Source: Octopus vulgaris (lineage: Eukaryota). From it: a stretch of 64,000 nt of DNA. The notes under the pieces are model-generated. The model saw nothing but the letters and a program-made list of their open reading frames with translations. It ran no database searches and was not told where the DNA came from. The stretch spans positions 75,516,001 through 75,580,000 of the forward strand of contig OX597831.1 of assembly GCA_951406725.2 (NCBI GenBank). Reading direction: 5' to 3'. Made by a program: the position numbers and the translations under genes. Position 1 is the stretch's first letter. Each line of letters begins with the position of its first letter. This document shows positions 36,131 to 51,040 of this stretch, piece by piece.

Positions 36131-37380
36131 CTGGTCATCCCATAAGTTCTGTCCGAATTTCGAATAAAGAAAACAAGTGATCAAATGTTATATTTAATTG
36201 AAATTTAATCATCAATGTACTTTCCCTGATTATCTATGACTTCCTTCCATTTATTTACAAGCTTTTTAATCCCATCAATGTAAAACTCTTTTTGGTTTCA
36301 CAGCGCAGAACTCTTAAATGTCAGTTTCGACCTCCTGCCTGCTTGCGAAAGATATGTCCCCCAAATGATTCTGTAAACTACAAAACAAATGGTAGTCTGA
36401 AGGAGAAAAAGGTGGATGAGGAATTTTTTCCCAACCAAGCACTTCGATCTTCTGTGACGAGATCTTTGCAGTGTGGGATCGCGCATTGTCCTGATAAAAC
36501 ATCACTCCTTTTCGATTCACTAAAACGGGTCTTTTTTCTTCAAAGCTTAGTTCAAATGCTCTAATTGCTGACAGTTGACTTGAGCATTGATTGTTGCATT
36601 AGGTGGTAACAATTCAAAGTGAATTACTCCTTAGCAACCCCACCAGGTAGAGAGAAGAACCTTTTTCCCATGAAGTTTCCTTCTCGGTTGTGGTTGAGCT
36701 TTTTCCCTTTTACCATGCCACTGTTTACGATGTTTAAAATTTCGATAGAAGATCCATTTTTCGTCACCAGTCACAAGTCTATCCAAAAAGGGTGAAATAA
36801 GTTTGCGAGAATGGAGAGAATAGCAGATGTCAACTCGGGATTTGCGGTTGCTTTCGAACAATTCATTAAGCACCCATTTTTCAAGTTTAGGAACCTTTAC
36901 AAGTTGTTGAAGATGACGATGGACAGTTGTATGGTTTGAACGAAGCATTATTGCTAAAAGCAGGATTTTCTTCAAGTAATGCCTCAAAGAGCTTATCATC
37001 AAACTCAACTGGACGTCCTGTTCGATCTTCATCTTCAAGGCTGAAATCTCCACTTCTGAATTTTACAAACCATCTTCTGCAAGTTCTTTCATTCAAGCTT
37101 TCTTTCCCATAAGCTGAGTGTATGTTTCGTGTTGCTTCGGCTGCAGAGTTTCCTTCTTTGTACTCATAAAGCATTATGTGCCTCAAATGCTCTTTGGATA
37201 CTTCCATGTTAGAAAGGGTTTTAATCAAAGAAATTTTAATTCTATTATTCTGTAAAATAATGTTTAATTAGTCTAAATGTACACAAATACATAAAAATAA
37301 TTTTTAATTCCATTAGACATTCTAAAATACTATTAAGTTTCATTTAATTTTAAAAAAGGTAAGATCAGACAGAACTTACG
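36131..37380 (-). mobile_element. Mariner transposon (DD34D type), frameshifted transposase
   Basis: ORF pieces MEVSKEHLRHIMLYEY..RRWFVKFRSG..DEDRTGRP, WVLNEL, TGDEKW, QDNARSH, HPPFSPSDYHLF in three frames. TIR remnant cataagttctgtccga (36141) pairs with tcagacagaacttacg (37365). Confidence 0.9.
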
Positions 37381-37409
37381 TACACTTTGGTCTCATATAT
37401 ATATGCATA

Positions 37410-38060
37410 GCACTCGTGGAAACTCACCTCAGCCCTGATATAGAGGACGCAGAAGTATACGTACCAAACTATGCCATACTGCGAACAGACAGAAGGGAAA
37501 GGAGCCATGGTGGAATTGCTGTATACATCCGTGATTACCTCATACTCCAGGTCTTACTGACATAGTCAAATTCGGTATGTGACACTTTAATTGTATACAT
37601 AAGACAACATAATATAGTCATATGCAATACATATCGCCCGCCGGATGCCCCAAACCACAAAGACAAGTTTGAAGATTGCTTCACAAGAATGAAAGAAATC
37701 CTCATGAAACTGGAACACCACGTAACCATATTTCTTATGAGTAATTTCAACTTCCCCAACGTCAAATGGCCCGAAGGTCTCATACTCTCAGAAATGACTC
37801 ATTGCAAGCTGTACTCATGGAGCAAGCTGTACTCAGACCAACTAGTGCGAACAACATTCTGGATCTCCGCTTCACGAACAATATGGAACAATATGCCTAA
37901 AGGAAGCACCTGAAATCTCTCCAATCTGAACTTCCACAAAGCAGATTGGAGATCGATCCAAAAAGAGATCCTCAGAGAGGACTGGCCGAAATGTCTCTCC
38001 ACACCAGACATTGACACGAAACTAGAATGTTTCATGTCTTCTGTGCCAAGCCATATGCCA
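37410..38060 (+). mobile_element. CR1-clade LINE endonuclease (APE) fragment, decayed
   Basis: ETHLSPDIEDAEVYVPNYAILRTDRRERSHGGIAVYIRD, YRPP, (G)NFNFPNVKW and NFHKADW motifs, with stops and frameshifts. Confidence 0.82.
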
Positions 38061-38107
38061 GAAATTTTTCACCCTCATTTTAATTTTAATTTTATATATA
38101 TATATAA

Positions 38108-38424
38108 GGCTTAGTGTTTAGAGCGTTAGGCTCACAATCATAAGGTAGTGTGTTCGATTCCCGGACCGAGCTGCGTGTTGTGTTCTTGAGCAAGACACTT
38201 TATTTCACGTTGCTCCAGTTCACTCAGCTATAGAAATGAGTTGCGACATCACTGGTGCCAAGCTATATTGGCCTTTGCCTTTCCCTTGGATAATATCGGT
38301 GGTGTGGAGACAGGAGGTTGGTATGCATGGGCAACTGCTGGTCTTCCATAAACAACCTTGCCCGGACTTGTACCTTGAAGGGGAACTGTCTTGGTGTAAT
38401 CCCATGGTCACCCATGACCGAAAG

Positions 38425-38427
<3 letters not shown>
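38108..38427 (+). mobile_element. tRNA-headed SINE family D
   Basis: Shares gtgttcttgagcaagacactttatttcacgttgctccag with minus-strand copies at about 23705-24027 and 50676-50992. Confidence 0.7.
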
Positions 38428-38506
<79 letters not shown>

Positions 38507-38861
38507 GGAGTAAACACATAAATGTGAAACAAGGTGGAAAAAAGAGTACTCAAATACCAGTGGTAGAGTAATATGCTTTATTTTAAGCAGCAGAAAATTC
38601 AAATTTTCTGCTGCTTAAAATAAAGTATATATATATATATATATGGTCTCCTGATAGGGTATTTCCAGCGAAACACTCTACGCGAATACTGGGCTATCAC
38701 TAGTGTCGGGTTCCAGACCAATGCCGGGAAACATTATGCAAATTTTCACTTCGATCTTTTGCGTAAACTGGCGTTACAAGCATGGTCGATACAGAAACAA
38801 TTCTAATGAATTATTAAAGATGTATTAAAGAATTTATTTGTCTTCTTATTTGGGTTGTGTG

Positions 38862-38907
<46 letters not shown>

Positions 38908-38914
<7 letters not shown>

Positions 38915-39265
38915 TTAGAGACAAAACCACTATTAGGCAAATCAAACAATGAAAGACTTAAGCCAATACATATGATTAATTTATATTATTTTAATATGTA
39001 ACAAAATTATTAAAAAATATAATTAATATCACACTACGATCGTTTCATGCCTGCTGTCTTCTATAGAAATATATTTAAACCACCTGATGAATGACTGCGA
39101 CTCAAAAATTTGAAGACAGCAGGCATGAAACGATCGTAGTGTGATATTAATTATATTTTTTAATAATTTTGTTACATATTTAAATAATATAAATTAATCA
39201 TATGTATTGGCTTAAGTCTTTCATTGTTTGATTTGCCTAATAGTGGTTTTGTCTCTAATTTAATA
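38908..39265. repeat. ~155-bp near-perfect inverted repeat (Penelope-like pLTR) containing a hammerhead motif
   Basis: Arms 38908-39061 and 39112-39265 are reverse complements, with a 50-nt spacer. Confidence 0.85.
39081..39141 (+). ncRNA. Minimal type I hammerhead ribozyme candidate
   Basis: cac-CTGATGA-[atg.ctgc...gcag.cat]-GAAAC-gatc-GTA-gtg. Full core, stem I cac/gtg, palindromic stem III ACGATCGT. Confidence 0.65.
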
Positions 39266-39352
39266 TAATATAATATTTTACTATAAAATTGGATTCAATC
39301 CTAAATCTGATTTTTCCCTGTAAGTTTGGATTTATTCCCTAATATTTATTAT

Positions 39353-39404
<52 letters not shown>

Positions 39405-39523
39405 AGTATATATGAATATGTATATATGATTGACCGCTAAAGCTTTTTATACTCTCTGTTTATTTTCTCGTATTCCTTTCTGTTGAAGAGCGTAGGCTCG
39501 AAACGTAAATATATGTATGTATG

Positions 39524-39569
<46 letters not shown>

Positions 39570-39752
39570 TATATATGTGTGTATATTAGGAGAAATGAGG
39601 TACTCAGAAATTCGGATGGTTTTATATTTACAGATATTTATTTGTATATTACATGTTTTTATACATCATATAACTTAGATCGTGTATTAGGGCTTTCTCC
39701 CATTCTAGTGGGGGTTTCAAATCAAACTAAGTTCCTGTGAAAAAATGTTTTG

Positions 39753-40190
39753 ATCATTTTATAGTGTTATTGAGTGTGAAGTGGTGGGGAGGGACATAAG
39801 ACAGTACAAGAGGGTGATGGATGGGGAGAAAGTGTGTGTGAGAGAGAGAGAGAGCATGTGTGCGTGTGTGTGTGCTTTTGTATTTGGAAGAAGTGTTAAA
39901 GAAAAAGAGGGGAAGGGAGAGGGAAGAAGAAGAAAAAATTGTTTTGCTGGTCGGGTTGTTTACTCCAAGTGGGGTCTAAGATCTTGGGGGAAAAGAATTT
40001 AAGTCTTGACCATTTTATAGTGTTATTGAGTGTGTAGTGGCGGGGAGGGATATAAGACAGTAGAAGAGGGTGGTGAATGGGGAGAAAGTGAGAGAGAGAG
40101 AGAGCAAGTGTGTGTGCGTGTGTGTGTATGTTTTTTTTGTATCTGGAGGGGTGTTAGAAAAGAAGAAGAAAAGGAAGGAAGGGGAGGGAA
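39753..40190. repeat. Diverged tandem duplication with ~258-bp offset
   Basis: cattttatagtgttattgagtgtg... starts at about 39755 and again at about 40012. Confidence 0.75.
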
Positions 40191-40238
40191 GGTAAACCAT
40201 AAATTATATTTCCATTTTATCATTGTGAGAGAGTGTGT

Positions 40239-40270
<32 letters not shown>

Positions 40271-40277
40271 GTGTATT

Positions 40278-40387
<110 letters not shown>

Positions 40388-40648
40388 CGTATCTATCTAT
40401 ATATATATGTATATGTGTATATATGTATATGTGTGTGTGTGTATGAGTGTGCATGTGTGTGTGTGTATGTGTGCAGGAGTGGCTCTGTGGTAAGAAGCTC
40501 GCTTCCCAGTCACATGATTCCGGGTTAAATCCCATTGCGCGACACCTTCGGCAAGTATCTCCTACTCTAGCCTCGGTCTGACCAAATACTTTTGAGTGAA
40601 TTTGGTAGACAGAAACTGAAAGAAGCCCGTCGTATATAGATATATAGA

Positions 40649-41663
40649 CTAGCTTAAGGTGACCCGCTCTACGCGCAGGTGAGGGTGTGGTTGTTACTTT
40701 CTGTTGCTTCCTTTCTGTTTCTTATCGCCACATTCTCCCTCTTTGTTTCTCTCTCCTTTCTCTCTTTCCCACTCTCTTACTCTTCCTTTCTCTCGGACTT
40801 TCCCTCGCTTTCTCTTACTCCCTATCTGTCTCTATCTATCTCTCTCCCATTTATAAACAACAAAAGATCTTGAGTAAGTTGAGAAAGAAAATATTTTTAC
40901 GCTTTTTAAACCCTTCCTGGTTATTCTCATTCACTCATTATTACTTTCTCCCTTCCTTTCACTTTCTCTCGATAACGTCGTTTGATAGCGTCTACTATCT
41001 TTCCTCCGCCGCCTTCGCCAGCGCTGTCACTCTCTCTTTCTCTACGTCTGTGTGCATTCATAGAGAGAATTATCATCGCCACCACCACCACACAATCATG
41101 AGAATCTTTCTCTCTATATATAGATAGATAGAGAGAGAGGGGGGGGGAAGAGAGAAAGTAATAATGAGTGAATGAGAAAAACGACGAAGAGTTTAAAAAG
41201 CGTAAAAATATTGAAGGCGGCGGAGAAAAGATAATAGACGCAATCAAACGACGTTATAGAGAGAAAGTGAAAGGAAGGGAGGAAAGAGAGAGAGAGATGG
41301 AAGAAGACAGGCAGATAATAGAATGAGAGGGGACTTGTCAAAATGTGCGTTTTTTTGCCCTAGTAACCACACCTTTTAAGATAAGGATTTCTAACCTAGC
41401 CCACTCTCATCCTCACCTCATTTTACATGTCCCTGTAAATTTTGGAGTCAATCCGACGGGATCTAGTGGCCTTTAACCCGTTCCTATGTCAAAACCAGAC
41501 AAACTTTTTGCATTTCAGAATTATAATATAGAGACTAGTTTAAGGTGACCCGCTCTACGCGCGGGTAAGAGTGTGGTTGTTACTTTCTGTTGCTTCCTTT
41601 CGGCAGGTAAAAAGCACCATCCGTTAAAAGTGAGAGAGAAAGAAGAGAGAAACAAAGAGGGAG

Positions 41664-41694
<31 letters not shown>

Positions 41695-42136
41695 GTTTAA
41701 CGTCCGTTTTCCGTGCTAGCACGGGTTGGACGGTTTGACCGGGGTCTTGGAAGCCAGGAGACTACACCAGGTTCCAGTCTGATCTGGCAGTGTTTCTACA
41801 GCTGGATGCCCTTCCTAACGCCAACCACTCCGTGAGTGTAGTGGATGCGCGTTTTTCGTGCCGTCGGCACAGGTGCTAAGGGGGCTGGCAGCGGCCACGA
41901 TCGGTTGGTGCTTTTTACGTGCCACCGGCACAGAAGCCAGTCAAGGCGGCGCTGGCATCGGCCACGTTCGGATGATGCTTTTTACGTGCCGAAAGGAAGC
42001 AACAGAGAAGTAACAACCACACTCTTACCCGCGCGTAGAACGGGCCACCTTGGGATTTAGTGGTCTTTAACCCGTTCTCAATGCCAAAACCAGACAAACA
42101 AACAAAGTTTTTGCATTTCAGAATTATAATATGGAG
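40649..42136 (-). mobile_element. Two abutting non-autonomous Helitron-like units (40649-41534 and 41535-42136), the second interrupted by a SINE
   Basis: Each unit runs from tc..tattataattctgaaatgcaaaaa to cgcgtagagcgggtcaccttaa.CTAG on the minus strand. They join directly at 41534/41535. Confidence 0.6.
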
Positions 42137-42249
42137 ATAATAATATATACATATTTCCTTCCTTGGGCGTCTATTTATACTTTGCATGCATCACGTCATC
42201 GCGTTGTTGTTGTTCTTTTTGTTATGTTTGTTTTTCGTTTTTTATTTAC

Positions 42250-42305
<56 letters not shown>

Positions 42306-42573
42306 TGTGTGTATGTGTGTGTGTATGCATGTATTTGTGTGTCTGTGTTTGTCGCCCTACCATCGCTTAACAACCAATGTTAGTGTGTTTACATACCCGT
42401 AACTTAACGGTTCAGCAAAAGAAACAGATAGAATAAGTAACAGGCTTATAAAGAATAAGTCATGGGGTCGATTTATTCGACTAAGGGTGGTGCTCCAGCA
42501 GGGCTGCAGTCAAGTGACTGAAACATGTAAAAGACTCAAGTAAAAGAAAGTTAAAAAAATGTACACACACGCA

Positions 42574-42630
<57 letters not shown>

Positions 42631-42904
42631 GAGACATGTGAGAAAAAGAAAATGGAATTCAGGAGATTTTTTTTTATTAATCACTACGATCGTTTAGACC
42701 CATCATGTATCGGTTCTTTTCTCTTTCTCTCATATGTTGTATACTCAGCGGTCACGAAGGAATTCCTGAAGTGAATCCAGTCGCACTAATATCCATACTT
42801 TTGATGACACAAGACATGCGAACGTGCTTTGAACGGTAAACTACCGGGTGTAGACCCATGCATATTTGTATGTTTGTATGTATGTATTATATGTATGAAT
42901 GCGC

Positions 42905-43516
<612 letters not shown>

Positions 43517-43608
43517 AGAGAATAAATGTTATCTACAATACACACACGTACACACACACACACACACAGACACACACACGCACAAACACGCCCCCACACA
43601 CATGTACA

Positions 43609-43824
43609 CACACAAGGGGTTACTGAAAAGTTCCTGGGTTTGGGTAATAGAAAATACAGCAGGATCAGTCAATTGTCAACATTTTCCTCTCTCAGATTCA
43701 CACAATTCTTGTAGTCGTCCTTCAGGTTTTCCTAGCCCCGTAGAAGAACTCGGAAGGTGGGGCCTCCAGCCAAGCCTTTCGTGACACCCTTAAAGCCAAG
43801 AACTTTTCAGCACTCCCCCTGGTA
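43609..43824. mobile_element. Mariner-derived MITE (related copy at about 49765-49970)
   Basis: Inverted termini ggggttactgaaaagttcctgg / ccaagaacttttcagcactcccc. The internal sequence is shared with 49765-49970. Confidence 0.6.
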
Positions 43825-43840
43825 CACACACACATATTCA

Positions 43841-43873
<33 letters not shown>

Positions 43874-43874
<1 letters not shown>

Positions 43875-44290
43875 CTCTTTTACTCTTTTACTTGTTTCAG
43901 TCATTTGACTGCAGCCATGCTGGAGCACCGCCGCGTTTAGTCGAGCAAATCGACCCCGGGACTTTTTCTTTTTGTAAGCCCAGTACTTATTCTATCGGTC
44001 TCTTTTTGCCGAACCGCTAAGTGGCGGGGACGTAAACACACAAGCATCGGTTGTCAAGCAATGCTAGGGGGACAAACACAGGCACACAAACATATACACA
44101 CACACTTATATATATATACATATATACGACGGGCTTCTTTCAGTTTCCGTCTACCAAATCCACTCACAAGGCATTGGTCGGCCCGGGGCTATAGCAGAAG
44201 ACACTTGCCCAAGATGCCACGCAGTGGGACTGAACCCGGAACCATGTGGTCGGTAAGCAAGCTACTTACCATACACCTACTCCTGCGCCT
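43874..44290 (-). mobile_element. SINE family A, full length, inverted relative to the 43103 copy
   Basis: Reverse complement of 43103-43516 with few differences. Confidence 0.85.
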
Positions 44291-44347
<57 letters not shown>

Positions 44348-44386
44348 TATATATATATACATATATATACATACATATATATACAT

Positions 44387-44499
<113 letters not shown>

Positions 44500-45060
44500 A
44501 AAACATACAAACTGGGACAAGAACGCAAAATATTTAAAAGACGATACAAAAAACACGGACGGGCCATTCGAAGCCTTCAATCTTCAGTCAAGAACCGGAT
44601 CATCCTTGCAATTTCGGTTGATTAATCTTGAATATATATACGTGTGTGTGAATGCGTATGTGTGTGTGTGTGTATACACACATATGCATGTAGAACTATT
44701 AAAATAATTGTTTTGCTATTAAAACAAAAGCATTGTTTTAATTAACCATTTTAATTAGCCATTTTGTTTTGTAATTAATGTTTTTTTTTTTTTCCACTAG
44801 AAAATTATAAATTCATTCGTTATCGAAATTTGTTACAAATTATTCGTTGATAGCAGAGAAAAAAATATTGGAGAGGAAATAGTGAGATGGAAGAGTATAA
44901 ACTAAATTAAAAGTTAATTAAACTGCTTGGAAAGTTATTAATTATTCCTTAACTTGACCTATCAACTATGTTTTTATTTCTCTTACCTTCCTTTTTTTTT
45001 ATATATATATATATTCTGCTTCCTTACTACTTTGTATCTGTCTTCCTCTCTCTCCTCCCT

Positions 45061-45550
<490 letters not shown>

Positions 45551-46029
45551 TCACGGCAGTTAAATCTTGTCTGAGATATTAATCTGTGTGTGCGCGCGTG
45601 TGAGAGAATGCGAGTGCGCACCAGTGCGTGAGTATGTAATTATACATGCATGTGCGTTTGTGAGTGTGTATGTGCATGTGAGTGTCCGCATGTGCTCGCG
45701 CGCATTTGTGCGTGCGTGTATATGTGCACACATTTGTGTGTGTGTATATATGTGTGTGAGAGCATGGTTCAAAAGTTTCTCCGGTGTCTTTGCGAACATG
45801 GAATGGTCTCCGCCATAACATGCCTGTTGTATCGAACATCTTCGTGCATCACAGATCTGATAATCTACGCCGGCACCTGAAGTTCTTTGATAATGTTCCT
45901 CATAGATTTTCCAGGATCAATATCCAGAAACATCCTTACCAAAGGCTTCCAGTTCCATCCAATCTTCGAGTACTGAAGATTTTCAGCATTTATAAAGTTG
46001 ACAATTTCTAAATGGCTGTGTTCCGCACA

Positions 46030-46679
46030 TACATGGCGGGGCAGAGAGGACGGACGTTTTTGAAAAAATCACAAAATCATTAATTTTAGCTGCAAACAAA
46101 TTTTATTGCCACCAATGTGTTCGTATTGAATTAGCATTTGTCAGAATCAAGTGTGGAAAACAATATCCATCATGTAGTGTCCGTTTTCATTGATGCATTT
46201 CTAAAGATGTTCTTGGAAGTTGGCCTCGATTACCGATGCCAAGTTCAGTGGAATGCCTCCGAATAGAGCGATTCGGACTCCGCATCAAAGCTTGTCTGAC
46301 GCGTTTCACATTTTCCGGGGTCCGTTCCGTTCGTGGCACCCCCACCGGTCTCCTATTCATTGGCGTATCTCGTGTACGAAGTGCTTTCACCCAACGTCAG
46401 ATTGTGTTACGGGTGGGAACTGCCTGACTTCGGTGAATGTTGAAGTGGCACCGAAACTCAGGTTGCACTGTTGTGACAGACTCGTCATTCTTCACGTAAC
46501 TGTCGCAGGCAAACACGCGATGCTCTATCGTCCACAGCGCCATGGCTTCACATGAAAACAAAAAAAAAAAAATTACTAAAAATACTACAGAGCGAATGGT
46601 ACCTGTCGGACATATGTCCCTCCCCCTGGGGCTGAGTAATAGCCATTTCAAACGTCCGTTCTCTCTGCCCAGACTCGTA
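46030..46679 (-). mobile_element. Tc1/mariner-superfamily deletion derivative
   Basis: Imperfect TIRs gggcagagaggacggacgttt / aaacgtccgttctctctgccc ending at TA. Transposase N-terminus MALWTIEHRVFA..YVKNDES.. and RTERTPENVKRVRQALMRSPNRSIRR. Confidence 0.8.
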
Positions 46680-47680
46680 TAACTACAATCGCTTCAGTAA
46701 GTATCACATCAATGTTATACTCTTTACTCTTTTACTCTTTTACTTATTTCAGTCATTTGACTGCGGCCATGCTGGAGCACCACCTTTAGTCGAGCAAATC
46801 GACCCCGGGACTTATTCTTTTTGTAAACCCAGTACTTATTCTATCGGTCTCTTTTGCCGAACCGCTAAGTGACGGGGACGTAAACACACCAGCATCGGTT
46901 GTCAATCGCTTCATGCCTTTTCATTTCCTGTGTTGCCATTTTATCTGCCATGGCAGATATAAAAACCTCTTGTAACAACTGGACTCCGACTGTTACAGAC
47001 TCTATTGATTTCAAGAGAATAAAATGCTGACAATTAACTGTCGTCAAATACCCGCTGTTTGCACCCTGTATATGTATTTATGACGAGCTTCCACTCAGTT
47101 TCCGTCTACCAGATTCACTCACAAGACAATGACCCGAGTGCTATTGTGTGAGTTAAAGAGCCCTCCGTCGGTTACGACGACGAGGGTCACTGTTGAGCCT
47201 GCTCGTGAAATTAACGTGCAAGTGGCTGAGCGCTCCATAGACACGCGTACCCTTAACATAGTTCTCCGGGGAGATTCAGGGTGACACAGACTGTGACAAG
47301 ACTGGCCCTTTCATTTACCGGTACAACTCATTTTTATTTTTATTTTTTTGCTGGCTGAGCGGACTGGAGCGACAAGAAATAAAGTATCTTACTGAAAGTC
47401 AGAACGCGCCGTCGGGAATCGAACTCACGACGTTACGATCGTGAGTTGAATACCTTAAACGCCATCACTGTAGAAGTTACTGGGTGGAGGCATTACACAA
47501 CAGAACTAAACTCGAAACGGCGCGGCTGCAAAACGAATTTCTTAACAACCCTAACCACCCTTGACCCCACGTAACGCTACTGGGGGTCCGGGGCCAAGAT
47601 GTGAGGCCCCGGCAAGAAAACTGAAAATTTAAATGAATTACTTCAGGTTCTGTATCTTAGTATCTGTTATCGCTTAATGT

Positions 47681-48290
47681 GGGGGCGCAACGGCCCAGTG
47701 GTTAGGGCAGCGGACTCGTGGTCGTAAGATCGCGGTTTCAATTCCCAGACCGGGCGTTGAGTGTTTATTGAACGTAAACATCTAAAGCTCCACGACGCTC
47801 CAGCAGGGGGAGGTAGCGAACTCTACTGTATTCTCCCTCTCTTTCTTCCTGCTTCTGTTAAACGTGTATTTCAAAAAGGCCAGCCTTCTCACACTTTGTG
47901 TCACGCTGAATCTCCCCGGAGAACTACGTTAAGGGTACACGTGTCTTAAGGCGGCGAGTTGGCAGAAACGTTAGCACGCCGGGCGAAATGCGTAGCGGTA
48001 TTTCGTCTGCCGTTACGTTCTGAGTTCAAATTCCACCAAGGTCGACTTTGCCTTTCATCCTTTCGGAGTCGATAAATTAAGTACCAGTTACACTCTGGGC
48101 CCGATATAATCGACTTAATCCCATTGTCTGTCCTTGTTTGTCCCCTCTGTGTTTAGCCCCTTGTAGGTAATAAAGAAATAGGTACACGTGTCTGTGGAGT
48201 ACTCAACCACTTGCGCGTTAATTTAACGAACAGGCTGTTCCGTTGATCGGATCAAGTGGAACCCTCGTCGTCGTAACCGACGGAGAGCCA
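47681..48290 (+). mobile_element. tRNA-headed SINE family C, host of the nested insertion
   Basis: Head gggggcgcaacggcccagtggttagggcagcggactcg is also seen at 59760-60045. The 3' part is also present inverted at about 47160-47310. Confidence 0.65.
47947..48180 (+). mobile_element. SINE family B inserted into another SINE, with 13-bp TSD
   Basis: TSD ggtacacgtgtct at 47934-47946 and 48181-48193. Confidence 0.85.
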
Positions 48291-48460
48291 CGATAATGCT
48301 TAATAGTGTTAACAAGACAATGGAGCGTGGAGGGGGGGAGGCTGGCAAATCAGGGAGGGCCGTGGTGTCGACGTTGCTGGCTTTCTGCTTGGGGCCATCG
48401 GTTGGCCTCAATCCGGTCCTGCATAATGTGTGGATCTGAATTTGCATCAGTATGTGTGTT

Positions 48461-48578
<118 letters not shown>

Positions 48579-48995
48579 GATATGTAAAATCTCTACTTTG
48601 TTACAGTCACCACCGTCGTCGCCCCCACCACGATCATCATCGCGATTAGCACCACAACGACCACGTCTCCCAGCAGTAGCAGCAGCAGCAGCAGCACCAC
48701 CACCACCACCACCACCACCACCACCACCACCACCACCACCACCACCACCACCACCACGACCACCGTCATCACCACCGCCGCCGCCACCAAAACCATCATA
48801 CCACTGCCACCACCACCACCACTGCCACCACCCCCGTCACCCTACCACAGTCCCAGCCCCAGACCCATCACCAATACCACCACCACCACCACTATCAACA
48901 CCACCACCACCACCACCACCACCACCACCACCCTACCACAGTCCCAGCACCTGCATCACTAACACTACGACTGGCCCCGTACCCACCATTACCCC

Positions 48996-49068
48996 CAAAT
49001 AGTGGTGCAGTGGGAGCGTACTCGGCCCATAAACCCAGAGGTCCGTAGATCGAAACTACGCTCTGCTA
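48996..49068 (+). pseudogene. Initiator tRNA-Met (CAT) pseudogene or degenerate copy
   Basis: agtggtgcagtgggagcgtactcggcccataaacccagaggtccgtagatcgaaactacgctctgcta follows eukaryotic tRNAi-Met (initiator-type T-loop ATCGAAA, 3' CTCTGCTA). The 5' acceptor strand AGCAG is lost and there is an extra A in the anticodon loop. An oligo-T terminator follows at 49081-49089. Confidence 0.75.
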
Positions 49069-49443
49069 AAGAGTTGGGTCTTTTTTTTTCAGCGGTGGTG
49101 CCCCAGCATGGCCGCGGCCTTCGGGCTAAAACATTTTAAAGGATTTTAAGGATTTACATATATATCAACAGGAACGTGTGTGTGCAAAAGTAGGTATACA
49201 GTAAGTATCACACCAATGTTATAACAATTAATTCATTAAAATTATTAGAACATTAAATTAATTAGCCTCGTTTTTGATATTTTCAGGGTCATTAATCATA
49301 ATAATTCATTTATCATAACTATAACAATACTTTTATCGTAACTTTTAATTTTTTTGATAAAAATAAATGAGAGTTTACGTGTTTTCTTATTTTTTCATAA
49401 CTGAATACCTACTTTTGCCCCACCCTGCACTCACACACACACA

Positions 49444-49486
<43 letters not shown>

Positions 49487-49993
49487 CACACACACACACA
49501 CACACAAACACACATACACACACACACACAAAAACACACAAACACACACACACAAACACACACACACACACACACACTCACACATACAAACACACATACA
49601 CACACAAACACACATACACACATATACACACACACATACACACACACACAAACACGCACACCAAACACACACACACACACACGCACACGCAAACACACAC
49701 ACACAAACACACACACACAAACACAAACACACACACACGCCAAAACACACATACACACACACACACGTGGGCCTGCTGAAAAGCTCTTGGATTTTGGTAA
49801 AAGAAAATAGAGGAGGATCAAATTAGTTTATAACTTTATTCAACCTATTCCCCCCCTCTCACATTCACACACTTATTGCAGTGGTCCTTCGGTTTTTCTA
49901 AGCCCTGTAAAGGAACTTGGAAGATTGGGTCACCAACCAGGCCTTTCTCGACACCCTTAAAGCCTGGAAATTTGTATGTATGTATGTATGTAT

Positions 49994-50229
49994 ACTCTTT
50001 TACTTAAGCATTTAGCTGCGGTCATGCTGGAGCACCATCTTTAGTAGAAGAAAACGACCCCAGGACTTATTCTTTGTAAGCCTAGTACTTATTCTATCGT
50101 GTTCTTTTGCCGAACCGTTAAGTTTCGGGGTCATAAACACACCAACATCGATTTACAAGCGATGGTGGGGGGACAAACACAGGCACAAACACACACACAC
50201 ACACACACCCGCACACACACACACATACA

Positions 50230-50260
<31 letters not shown>

Positions 50261-50432
50261 TTATATATATATAAACGATGGGTTTCTTTCAGTTTCCGTC
50301 TACCAAATCCACTCACTAGGCTTTGGTCGGCCCAAGGCTGTAGTAGAATATACCTGTCCAAGGTGCCACGCAGTGGGACTGAACCAGGAACCATGTGGTT
50401 GGGAAACAATTTTCTTACCACACAGCCACGCC
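49994..50432 (-). mobile_element. SINE family A, diverged
   Basis: Family similarity. Other partial copies lie at about 5663-5790, 10293-10545, 17236-17400, 40473-40635, 42340-42547, 46719-46905, 52215-52413, 53397-53552 and 58385-58640. Confidence 0.75.
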
Positions 50433-50469
50433 TACGTCTATACCTTTATATATCAAATATATACCCCTT

Positions 50470-50560
<91 letters not shown>

Positions 50561-50991
50561 CATAGAAGTAAATATATGGCACAACGAAGTACCGATATTT
50601 ACTGGAAAATAGCGAACGTAATACTCTCGTATTGCATTACTATTTATATATATATATATAGAAAGTGTAAAGGGTAAGATTCCTTTCGGTCATGAATGAC
50701 CAGGGGATTGCATCTAGAAAATTCCCCTCCAAAGTACAAGTTCGGGCAAGGTTGTTTATGGCAGGTCAGCAGTTACCCATGCGTCCCCTCTCCACACCAC
50801 CGATGTTTACCAAAAGAAAGACAAAGGGGCCGATACGGTTTGGCAACCGTGATGTTGCAACTCATTTCTACAACAGAGTAAACTGGGGCAACGTGAAGTA
50901 AAGAGTCTTGCTCAAGAACACAACACACAGCTCAGTCCGGGAATTGTACTCGCTACCTCATGATTGGGATCTCAACACTCTAAATACTGAG

Positions 50992-51040
<49 letters not shown>

